NCBI GenBank assembly: GCA_028864975.1
Contig: JAGWLG010000001.1
Span: 128,001-192,000 of the forward strand
DNA length: 64,000 nucleotides
DNA from: Thermoplasmata archaeon
GTDB lineage: Archaea; Thermoplasmatota; Thermoplasmata; Lutacidiplasmatales; UBA184
Direction: 5' to 3'
Position numbers and translations under genes: made by a program. Shown here in pieces: positions 55,711 to 63,441 of this stretch. Every line of letters begins with the position of its first letter. Position 1 is the first letter of the stretch. The notes under the pieces were generated by a model. The model ran no database searches, had not been told where the DNA came from, and worked only from the letters and a program-made list of their open reading frames with translations.

Positions 55711-56376
55711 CTAGTCCGCGGAGGGTCCGATCTCCGACGCCCACTCGAGGACCAGGATCTCGGCGGGGATGGAAGGAACAGCTTGAGAACGCATCTTCCG
55801 GAGCAGTCGCAGTTGTTCGTCCTTCGAAAGCCACTCGCTGAGGTGGACATGGAGCAGTTCTTCCTCGCGTCCTAGATGTCGCTCGATCCGATCCGCCTCG
55901 GCCCGGAAAAGGTGGGCGAGCTCGGAAGCACGAGCCGGGGAGACCAGCCGGTCCGGCTCGTCGTCGGGGATGGAGAGCTCAGAGACCCGCTTCTGGAACA
56001 GGCGGGCCCTCGGATGTTCCGCCTGGCACTCCAAGAGGCCATCGAAGATGCGGGGGTCGGTCTTCGGCTGGAGCACCGCGTTCACGAGCTCCTCCTGCGC
56101 GTAGTGGAAACCGAGCACGTAATCCCCGTGGATCTCCACAGCGCGCCGGATGGCTTGACGGCTCAATCCCAGCTCCGCGGGGATACGGTCCGCCGTTCGC
56201 CGGATGCAACTGGCGAGCAGGACCATGAGGGTGTTCTGTCGGTAGAGCTCGAACGCCAGGTCGCTCGAGGAGGAGAGCAGGGGTGGACGCACGGCACGTC
56301 GGTAGGGCGGAGGCAGGGACGCGACGCTGGATGGCTGCGCAAGGAGGGCGCCGGAGGGTGGACGCTCGGGGGTCAT
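55711..56376 (-). CDS. Hemerythrin-like (HHE cation-binding) protein
   Basis: FHYAQEE, AEHPR and RHLGREEE match HxxxE/EH/HxxxE di-iron motifs. ATG 56376. Confidence 0.65.
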   Translation of the reverse strand: MTPERPPSGALLAQPSSVASLPPPYRRAVRPPLLSSSSDLAFELYRQNTLMVLLASCIRRTADRIPAELGLSRQAIRRAVEIHGDYVLGFHYAQEELVNAVLQPKTDPRIFDGLLECQAEHPRARLFQKRVSELSIPDDEPDRLVSPARASELAHLFRAEADRIERHLGREEELLHVHLSEWLSKDEQLRLLRKMRSQAVPSIPAEILVLEWASEIGPSAD

Positions 56377-56412
56377 GGGTGTCGAGGGGCCGGAAGTGGA
56401 TGTCAAAGGTCC

Positions 56413-56428
56413 GTGGAATCGAATCCAC
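56413..56428. promoter_or_regulatory. Regulon operator site 7
   Basis: GTGGA ATCGAA TCCAC; exactly 36 nt before ATG 56376 (minus strand). Confidence 0.82.
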
Positions 56429-56488
56429 GTGGGAGACATCCTGCCGCCCCGGGAAGGGCCTCAAGGCTAGAAGGATCGCCCGCGGGCT

Positions 56489-58114
56489 TCAGATGGAGGG
56501 GCCACCACGCGCCGGGGCGCCGCCCCCCGAGCCGCCCTTCCCCGTCGACTTCGACGCAATGGTGTCGTTGACACGCAGCACCATGACGGCCGCCTCGGTC
56601 GCGCTCAGGATCGCTTGGCGTCCGACCCTCACGGGCTCGACCGCCACGCCGGACATGTCCGCGATGCGAGCGGCGAGAACGTCCACGCCGGCATCGTGCT
56701 CCCCGGCTCGGTGCCGACGCTTCAGTTCGATCAGCGCGCCGACCTTGTCCATCCCAGCGTTCTCTGCGAGGGTCATCGGGAGCACCTCGAGAGCGCCCGC
56801 GAAGGCATGGACGGCCATTTGTTCACGGCCTCCGAGGGTGTTCGCGTAGTCCCGAAGGTCGGAGGAGATCTCCACCGCGGAAGCGCCAGCCCCAGTCACC
56901 ACCGCGCCGTCTTCGAGCGCGAGTCCCACCGTGGAAATGGCGTCAACGAGCGAGCGCTCGGCTTCGTCCACCACGTGCTCGGTCCCCCCGCGGACCAGCA
57001 GGCTCACGGCCCTGGCGTTCCGGCATCCCAGAACGAAGGTCATGCGGTCCTCGCCCACCTTGCGCTCTTCCACGAGGGCCGCGTGCCCCAGGGCCCCGGG
57101 CTCGAGTTCCGCCCATCGGCTCACAAGGTCTCCCCCCGTGGCCTTCGAGAGCAGCTCCAGGTCCGACCGCTTGATCCTGCTCACCGCGAGCACCTTGTTA
57201 CGCGCGAGATAGAGCTGGGCCGCGTCGTCGATGCCCTTCTCGCAAAGCACGACATTCGCGCCAGATCGAAGGACCTGATCGACCATCTCCCGGACCATAC
57301 GGTCCTCCTCTGAGAGATAGGCCTCGATCTCGTTCGGGGCGGTGATGCGGACCTCGGTCGTCGTTTCCGCCTTACGCACCTCGAGCGCGGACTCCATGAG
57401 CGCGATGCGCGCATCTTGGATCCTACGTGGCATCCCAGGATGAGCTACGTCCTTGTCCAGGATGAGCCCCTCGACAAGCTCGGTGTCCGCAAGATCGCCC
57501 CCCTGCTTCTTCACGAGCTGGATGTTCTTGCGGTCGCACCGAAGCCTTCCGCCCTCCTTTTCGACCACAGCGCGGACCGCGCGAACGGTGAGCACGGAAA
57601 GGAAGGAACGGTCCGCGGAGACCCCCTTGGACATCATCGAGGTCATGGCCACCTTGCGCAGGGCCTCGGTGTCGGCCGCCTCGAGGGTCCTCTGGCCTTG
57701 GGAGAGGACGCGGGTGGCACGGTCCGCGGCCAGTCGGTATCCTTGGGTGATGATCGTTGGGTGGATCCCCTGGTCCAGGAGCTCTTCCGCTGCCCGCAGG
57801 AGCTCTCCCGCAAGGATGACCGAGGTCTTCGTGCCGTCGCCGCACTCCTCGTCCTGGGTCTTCGCCACCTCGACCAACATCTTCGCTGCGGGGTGTTCGA
57901 CCTCCATGAACTTCAGGATGGTCGCCCCATCGTTCGTGATGACGATGTCACCGGAAGGTTGGACGAGCATCTTGTCCATCCCTCTTGGACCGAGTGTCGT
58001 TCTCAAGGTCTCTGCGACAGAGCGGGCGGCCTCGATGTTCGCGTGCTGGGCGTCCTTTCCGGTCTCTCGGGTCGTCCCTTCTCGTAGTAGGATCACAGGG
58101 GTTCCGGCGAGCAT
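56489..58114 (-). CDS. ths: Thermosome subunit (group II chaperonin)
   Basis: TTLGPRGMDKML, ITNDGATIL, HPAAKML, GDGTKTS, helical protrusion EVRITAP, RGGTEHVVDEAERSL and GAGASAVE. Confidence 0.96.
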   Translation of the reverse strand: MLAGTPVILLREGTTRETGKDAQHANIEAARSVAETLRTTLGPRGMDKMLVQPSGDIVITNDGATILKFMEVEHPAAKMLVEVAKTQDEECGDGTKTSVILAGELLRAAEELLDQGIHPTIITQGYRLAADRATRVLSQGQRTLEAADTEALRKVAMTSMMSKGVSADRSFLSVLTVRAVRAVVEKEGGRLRCDRKNIQLVKKQGGDLADTELVEGLILDKDVAHPGMPRRIQDARIALMESALEVRKAETTTEVRITAPNEIEAYLSEEDRMVREMVDQVLRSGANVVLCEKGIDDAAQLYLARNKVLAVSRIKRSDLELLSKATGGDLVSRWAELEPGALGHAALVEERKVGEDRMTFVLGCRNARAVSLLVRGGTEHVVDEAERSLVDAISTVGLALEDGAVVTGAGASAVEISSDLRDYANTLGGREQMAVHAFAGALEVLPMTLAENAGMDKVGALIELKRRHRAGEHDAGVDVLAARIADMSGVAVEPVRVGRQAILSATEAAVMVLRVNDTIASKSTGKGGSGGGAPARGGPSI

Positions 58115-58161
58115 CTTCGCGCCTCATGGCGGGATGGCCTCGCGTCCCGGATAAGGAGCCC

Positions 58162-58177
58162 GTCGAACCCGGTTCAC
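58162..58177. promoter_or_regulatory. Regulon operator site 8
   Basis: GTCGA ACCCGG TTCAC; on the minus strand 8 nt upstream of TATCCG and 47 nt before ATG 58114. Confidence 0.75.
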
Positions 58178-58204
58178 GAAGCCGATGGGGCGGACCCGAG
58201 GTCC

Positions 58205-59137
58205 CTACGCGACGTAGGTGAGCCAGTCCTCATGGCGAGGGGAGCGGCCTCGAAGGCAGTCGTCGTAGGCGCCCTGCAGTCTCCGGGTGACGGGGTAGGA
58301 CCCCTCGCCGATCGGTCGCCCATCCACCTCGCGGATAGGAGTGATCCCGGCAGCGGTGCCGCTGAAGAAGAGCTCGTCGGCCGTGAAGAGCTCCTCGCGG
58401 GTGAAATCTACGCGGCGGAACTCGATCCCTTCCTCCTGAGCGAGCTGAATGACGGTGTCGCGCGTAACCCCACGAAGTATCCCTGAGCTGGCGGGGGGTG
58501 TGCTAAGCACCTTGTCCCGGACCCGGAAGACGTTCTCCCCTGGCCCCTCCGCGACCATGCCTGAGGAATTGAGCAGGATCGCCTCGTCATAGCCTGAGGC
58601 GCTCGCCTCCATCTTGGCGAGAGCGCCGTTCGCGTAGTTGGCCGCGCACTTGGCCTGGGGAGGGAGCGACCGCGCATCGTTACGCACCCAGCTCGACACG
58701 GTGGCCCGGACTCCCTTCTCCTGCCCCTCCTTCCCCAGGTAGGCACCCCACTCCCACATCGCTACCGCCACTTGGATCGGACAGTTCGTGGGGTCGAGCC
58801 CCATCTCGCCGTAGCCTGAGAATGCGATGGGTCGGAGGTACGCCTCAGGGACGCCGTTTGCGCGAACCAAGTCCTTGCAGGCAACGTGCAGCTCTTCTGA
58901 CGAGAAGGGGAGCTTCATACGATAGATCTTGGCGCTGTTGAGGAAGCGTTCGACATGCTCCCGCAGTCGGAAGATGGCAGGACCGTTCAGGGCACGGTGG
59001 CTTCGGATCCCCTCGAAAATGGCGTAGCCGTAGTGCAGACCGTGGGTGAGCACGTGCACCTTGGCGGCAGGCCACTCCACGAGCCTGCCGTCCAGCCAGA
59101 TCTTCTTGAGAGGATGGATCGCGACCACAGTTGGCAC
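58205..59137 (-). CDS. ilvE: Branched-chain amino acid aminotransferase
   Basis: IWLDG...VHVLTHGLHYG..IFEG, FRLREHVERF, AK.AANY, EGPGENVF and LRGVTRDT. GTG start 59137 or 59128; canonical TTTAAG box at 59153-59158. Confidence 0.95.
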   Translation of the reverse strand: MPTVVAIHPLKKIWLDGRLVEWPAAKVHVLTHGLHYGYAIFEGIRSHRALNGPAIFRLREHVERFLNSAKIYRMKLPFSSEELHVACKDLVRANGVPEAYLRPIAFSGYGEMGLDPTNCPIQVAVAMWEWGAYLGKEGQEKGVRATVSSWVRNDARSLPPQAKCAANYANGALAKMEASASGYDEAILLNSSGMVAEGPGENVFRVRDKVLSTPPASSGILRGVTRDTVIQLAQEEGIEFRRVDFTREELFTADELFFSGTAAGITPIREVDGRPIGEGSYPVTRRLQGAYDDCLRGRSPRHEDWLTYVA

Positions 59138-59164
59138 CTGGGACCCCCGCCCCTTAAACTCGCG

Positions 59165-59180
59165 GTCAAGCACCCCACAC
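59165..59180. promoter_or_regulatory. Regulon operator site 9 (one intact half-site)
   Basis: GTCAA GCACCC CACAC; exactly 36 nt before ATG 59217. Confidence 0.5.
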
Positions 59181-59216
59181 CATCGGCTCATCTTTCCTAG
59201 GCGCAGAGGGACTTCC

Positions 59217-60581
59217 ATGTGCGCCGAGCGAGTGGTGATCATGGGCGCGGCGGGCCGGGACTTCCACAATTTCAACACGCTCTTCCGGGGTCGCCGCCAG
59301 TACGAGGTTGTCGCCTTCACCGCCGCTCAGATCCCGAACATCACGGGACGGTGCTACCCGGCCAGCTTGGCAGGACCGGGGTATCCGGAAGGCATCCCCA
59401 TCGTCCCGGAGGAGGAGCTTCCCGGTTTGGTGCATCGAGAAGGTGTGGACCTCGTCGTCCTCTCTTACTCGGACCTGCGGCATGAGTCGGTCATGCACCA
59501 AGCCTCCATCGCACTCGCCGCCGGGGGGAGTTTCCTCCTGCCTGGTCCTCGCCAGACCATGCTCCGGTCGAGACTTCCAGTGATCAGTGTCGGGGCGGTG
59601 CGGACGGGTTGTGGGAAGAGTCCCGTGAGCCGGTTCATCTCGCGGTTGCTCGCCTGGCACGGGCTCCGGGTGGCCGTCGTCCGCCACCCCATGCCCTATG
59701 GCGACTTGGAGAAACAGGCCGTCCAACGATTCTCGAAGATCGGTGACCTTGCTCGCGCGCACTGCACGATCGAAGAGCGAGAAGAGTACGAGCCCCACAT
59801 CCGAGAGGGCTCGGTGGTCTGGGCCGGAGTGGATTACGAGGAGATCCTGCGCCGCGCCGAGCGGGAGTCCGACGTCATCCTTTGGGATGGAGGGAACAAC
59901 GACCTCCCCTTCTTCGCCCCCGACCTCAACATCGTCCTGGCGGACCCGCTGCGGGCAGGGCACGAGGTTGCCTACCATCCCGGAGAAGCGAACTTCCGGA
60001 TGGCCGACGTTCTTATCGTGAACAAGGTCGGATCCGCTGAACCTCGCGCGATCGCCCTGGTCGAGCGTCACGCCGCGGCGCTCAATCCCCGGGCGAGGTT
60101 GATCCGCGGGGACCTCAAGATCCGGGCTCGAGGAGCAGAGCGGCTTCGCGGAAAGAGGGTCATGGTCGTGGAGGACGGCCCGACCGTGACCCACGGAGGG
60201 ATGGATTACGGCGCGGGGTGGCTCTTGGCAAGGTCGGTCGGAGCGCGTCCCGTCGACCCGCGTCGCTCTGCGGCAGGGAGTCTCATCCCGGTTCTCCGTG
60301 CGCATCCCCGCCTCCGACGCGTGCTCCCGGCCATGGGATACTCTCTGGAGCAAGTGCACGACCTCGAGGAGACCATACGCCGCTCGAACGCCGAGGCCGT
60401 GGTGGACGGAAGCCCGGTTGATCTGGGCCGAATTCTTCGAGTTCCGCAGCCGATCGTCCCCGTGAAGTATGAGTACGAGGATATGGGAGGACAGCTCGCA
60501 GAAACGGTGCAAGGGTTCCTGCGGAGAAGCGGTCTTCTCAGCCGAGAGGTTCCCTCGGCCATCCCTCTCCCCGCCCGCTAA
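59217..60581 (+). CDS. Cyclic 2,3-diphosphoglycerate synthetase-like P-loop protein
   Basis: VVIMGAAGRDFHNFN, VAFTAAQIP.I.GR.YP, AVRTGCGKS, RHPMPYGDL, CTIEEREEYEPHI, WDGGNND and EDGPTVTHGGM. Confidence 0.88.
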   Translation: MCAERVVIMGAAGRDFHNFNTLFRGRRQYEVVAFTAAQIPNITGRCYPASLAGPGYPEGIPIVPEEELPGLVHREGVDLVVLSYSDLRHESVMHQASIALAAGGSFLLPGPRQTMLRSRLPVISVGAVRTGCGKSPVSRFISRLLAWHGLRVAVVRHPMPYGDLEKQAVQRFSKIGDLARAHCTIEEREEYEPHIREGSVVWAGVDYEEILRRAERESDVILWDGGNNDLPFFAPDLNIVLADPLRAGHEVAYHPGEANFRMADVLIVNKVGSAEPRAIALVERHAAALNPRARLIRGDLKIRARGAERLRGKRVMVVEDGPTVTHGGMDYGAGWLLARSVGARPVDPRRSAAGSLIPVLRAHPRLRRVLPAMGYSLEQVHDLEETIRRSNAEAVVDGSPVDLGRILRVPQPIVPVKYEYEDMGGQLAETVQGFLRRSGLLSREVPSAIPLPAR

Positions 60582-60647
60582 GGTCTAGCGCTCCGCCCCG
60601 CGCGATAGGAGCGTTGCTGTTCGCGGGCTTCCTCCGGAGGGTGCGGG

Positions 60648-60663
60648 GTGAAACGCGGTCCAC
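60648..60663. promoter_or_regulatory. Regulon operator site 10
   Basis: GTGAA ACGCGG TCCAC; 38 nt before ATG 60702. Confidence 0.75.
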
Positions 60664-60701
60664 GGAGAGGTTACTCCCCTGCGGGCGGCTGCCGCGGTCG
60701 T

Positions 60702-61181
60702 ATGCAGCAGCTCGCCCCCCCTCCGGGGGTCCTGGTCTCGCACGCCATGACCGAACAGGTCGTGACCGTGCGGCCGGACGCCACGCTCTGGGACGCCACG
60801 CGTCTGCTGCGGGAGGCCGATATCTCCGGGCTCCCGGTGGTGGACCGGTCCGGTCGGCTCGTTGGGATCCTCAGCGAGAAGGACATCGCGCGCGCGGTGG
60901 GCGAGGTCGCCGGTCAGAGGAATGTGAGCCGGTTGCTCGACCTCCTCGTCTCGGGGAGGGGTACCGGGGGGAACCTCGGCGACCTCGCATCCGAGCTCCT
61001 CCAGAACACCAAGGTGTCAGAAGTGATGAATCACGACCCGGTCGTGACCTCTCCTTCGACCCCGCTCGACACCGCGGCGAAGATCCTGTTGGAACGGCAT
61101 ATCAATCGGCTTCCGGTGGTGAAGGGCGGCCACCTCGTGGGGATCCTCACCCGGCATGACATCCTTGCCTCCTCGGTCTGA
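60702..61181 (+). CDS. CBS-pair protein 5
   Basis: ISGLPVVD...VGILSEKDI and INRLPVV...VGILTRHDI. Confidence 0.9.
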   Translation: MQQLAPPPGVLVSHAMTEQVVTVRPDATLWDATRLLREADISGLPVVDRSGRLVGILSEKDIARAVGEVAGQRNVSRLLDLLVSGRGTGGNLGDLASELLQNTKVSEVMNHDPVVTSPSTPLDTAAKILLERHINRLPVVKGGHLVGILTRHDILASSV

Positions 61182-61250
61182 GCCTTCTCGCTCCGGGGCG
61201 TGGAGATCGCACTGTCGTCACGGTGATCCCATGGGTCAGCCGATGACATG

Positions 61251-61266
61251 GTGGAATCAAATCGAC
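61251..61266. promoter_or_regulatory. Regulon operator site 11
   Basis: GTGGA ATCAAA TCGAC; 8 nt upstream of CTAATC and 43 nt before ATG 61310. Confidence 0.72.
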
Positions 61267-61309
61267 CGAGCCAACTAATCGAGCCCCGGCGTACACCCAG
61301 CGAGATCCC

Positions 61310-61759
61310 ATGCAAGCCCGGAGCCGTCTATCGGCGGTCCACACAGAGCTAGGCTACGCCCAACATGAGCTCCCAATGGGAGAGTTCGAGGACCTTTCGC
61401 GCCCACGGGCGACCATAAGACTGGAGGCGGACGGGGTCATCGAGCACTTCGAGAAGAGAAAGGCCCTTCGACCGTCCGACGAACCTGAGGATCCGCTCGG
61501 CCGCAAGGTTCTTTTCATCTGCAAGGAGCGTCCGAAGTACGCTGTCCACACCCTGCTGGCCCCCCAGGTCCCGCAGGAGCGCTGGAAGGCGTGGCTCGAC
61601 CGATACGAAGTGTGGGCCGAGCTGGTGGAGGTCCATCCTGAGTTCGGCCACCGAGACGCACGTGGTCGGCGGGTTCAGGTGAAGCACCACGAGCCTGTGT
61701 CGGTGGAGGTCAGGACGGGGACGCTAGAGGCCAAGGACGCCTCTACGGCGTTCGGTTAG
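61310..61759 (+). CDS. Hypothetical protein
   Basis: 149-aa ORF with protein-like composition, preceded by an operator site; no family recognised. Confidence 0.55.
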   Translation: MQARSRLSAVHTELGYAQHELPMGEFEDLSRPRATIRLEADGVIEHFEKRKALRPSDEPEDPLGRKVLFICKERPKYAVHTLLAPQVPQERWKAWLDRYEVWAELVEVHPEFGHRDARGRRVQVKHHEPVSVEVRTGTLEAKDASTAFG

Positions 61760-61834
61760 ACCCCGTGGCCGAATGCTCCCCCCTTGGCCGCTCCCTGTTC
61801 CTTGTGCGCCCGGACGCGCGCTCCACACTAGCGG

Positions 61835-62566
61835 TCAGACGCTCTGCGGGGTCACGCGCGACCCCCGGAGGTGAATGTCGAACCAGCCTCGTGTGCGTCG
61901 TTCGACCTCTTCCATGGCCCCCGGTTCCTCGAAGAGGTGGGTCGCGCGTGGGACGATCACGAGCTCGCTCGAGGACGGTAGGGTCCGGAGCGTTGCGCGG
62001 TTCACTTCGACAATGCTCTCGTCACGCTCTCCGACGATGAGGAGGGTGGGAGCCCGGACACGCTGAACAAGCTCCTCGGGGGCAAGATCGGTCCGTCCAC
62101 CGCGCAGGACCATGGCCGAGACCTCGAGCGGAAAGGCGGCCGCCCCGCGAAGAGCGGCCGCAGCTCCTGTGCTTGCACCGTACAACCCCAAGGGAAGCCG
62201 GGAGAGTCGGGGCTGTTCGGAGGACCAAGTTATCGCCCGGACCAGCCGCTCGGTGAGAAGCCGAAGGTCGAACCGGAAGTTCGCCAATCTCTCATCTTCC
62301 TTGGCCTCTTCCGGGGTTAGCAGGTCGAGGAGGAGAGTTGCGATGCGCACCCGGTTGAGCGCGAGCGCGACCCTCCGGTTCCGAGGGCTCTTCCGCCCGC
62401 TCCCGCTCCCATGAGCGAAGATCACGAGTCCCCTGGAACTTCGCGGCACGGCCAGGTCCGCGAGAATGTTGCGCCCCGGAAGGACGGTGATCCGCACGGG
62501 CTCAGGATCCGCCATCGGAGGGGGAACGAGCAAGGCTCCCAGGTTTGGACGAGCGGCATCAGCCAT
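61835..62566 (-). CDS. Dienelactone-hydrolase-family alpha/beta hydrolase
   Basis: VIFAHGSGSGRKSPRN, LLDLLT..E, GLYGASTGAAAAL nucleophile elbow, PTLLIVGERD and HLFEE. ATG 62566 overlaps the upstream PRTase stop. Confidence 0.88.
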   Translation of the reverse strand: MADAARPNLGALLVPPPMADPEPVRITVLPGRNILADLAVPRSSRGLVIFAHGSGSGRKSPRNRRVALALNRVRIATLLLDLLTPEEAKEDERLANFRFDLRLLTERLVRAITWSSEQPRLSRLPLGLYGASTGAAAALRGAAAFPLEVSAMVLRGGRTDLAPEELVQRVRAPTLLIVGERDESIVEVNRATLRTLPSSSELVIVPRATHLFEEPGAMEEVERRTRGWFDIHLRGSRVTPQSV

Positions 62567-63242
62567 CGCTCTCACCATCCGTCGAGGACCGCGCTTCGGA
62601 TCGTCGCAAGAGCGCGACCACCTCCTCATCTGACACGGGGTCGAAGTTCCGGAAGAACTGACCGACCGCCGCGAAGTCCGGTGGGGTCGAAAGGCACACG
62701 ACCTCGTCGGACCACCGCCGGAGCGCGCGAAGGGTCTCTGCTGGCGCAACCCCGATGGCGACCACGAGCTTCCGAGCTCCGCGTGAACGGAGCGCGGTCA
62801 CCGCCGCGCGGACCGTATTGCCCGTGGCGACCCCGTCATCCACGATGAGGACCGTCTGCCGGGCGACGTCGGGGAAACGTGCACCGCTGCGGTACACCTG
62901 GACCCTTCGGGAGACTTCGAGCTCCTCCGCTTCGAGCACCCCGTACAGGTCCTTCCTCACGATCCCGAGGTTCGAGATCATTTCCTCATCCCATTGGGGC
63001 GGCGCGCCCTCGACCAGGGCACCGATCCCGAACTCGGGGTTCTGAGGGTGGCCGAGCTTGCGAACGATCAGGACGTCGAGAGGGAGCTCCAAGGCCGTGG
63101 CGACCTCGAACCCTACGACAACTCCCCCTCTTGGGAGGGCGATGACCCTGGCTCCGGACCTGCGGTAGGGGTGGAGGCGCGCGGCGAGCCGACGTCCTAC
63201 CTCGGCACGGTCCTGGAAGAGCGGTTCTGGCTCCGCGAACAT
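62559..63242 (-). CDS. Phosphoribosyltransferase-like protein
   Basis: FQDRAEVGRRLA...ALPRGGV...IVRKLGHPQNPE and VLIVDDGVATG. ATG 63242 (track TTG 63275). Confidence 0.9.
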   Translation of the reverse strand: MFAEPEPLFQDRAEVGRRLAARLHPYRRSGARVIALPRGGVVVGFEVATALELPLDVLIVRKLGHPQNPEFGIGALVEGAPPQWDEEMISNLGIVRKDLYGVLEAEELEVSRRVQVYRSGARFPDVARQTVLIVDDGVATGNTVRAAVTALRSRGARKLVVAIGVAPAETLRALRRWSDEVVCLSTPPDFAAVGQFFRNFDPVSDEEVVALLRRSEARSSTDGESDG

Positions 63243-63282
63243 CGCAGTTCCAAGCAGGCGCCGCCGGGCATTCAAGTGGCCC

Positions 63283-63298
63283 GTGGATATGAGTCCAC
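63283..63298. promoter_or_regulatory. Regulon operator site 12
   Basis: GTGGA TATGAG TCCAC; 40 nt before ATG 63242 (minus strand). Confidence 0.78.
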
Positions 63299-63380
63299 TA
63301 CCGACGACACCGTTGCCTCCCTACGTGGGGATGCCCGCCACCCAGGGGCAGGGTCCCGTGGAGATGCCCCGAGGAGTCGG

Positions 63381-63396
63381 GTGAACCGAAGTTGAG
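63381..63396. promoter_or_regulatory. Regulon operator site 13 (1 mismatch)
   Basis: GTGAA CCGAAG TTGAG; 8 nt upstream of TATCCG and 45 nt before ATG 63442. Confidence 0.65.
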
Positions 63397-63441
63397 GCGA
63401 GACCTATCCGAAAGGGGGGCCTCCTGCGAACGAGAGGTCCC

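Noticed and set aside
57820-57845. GDGTKT instead of GDGTTT as a sign of an inactive thermosome
   Set aside because: The K variant is known in functional archaeal thermosome subunits, so it is not evidence of inactivation.
44121-63396. Identity of the operator with CRP (TGTGA-N6-TCACA), FNR (TTGAT-N4-ATCAA), SurR (GTT-N3-AAC) or the DosR box
   Set aside because: Half-site sequence, orientation and spacing differ (GTSRA-N6-TYSAC), and no CRP/FNR-family gene is in the window.
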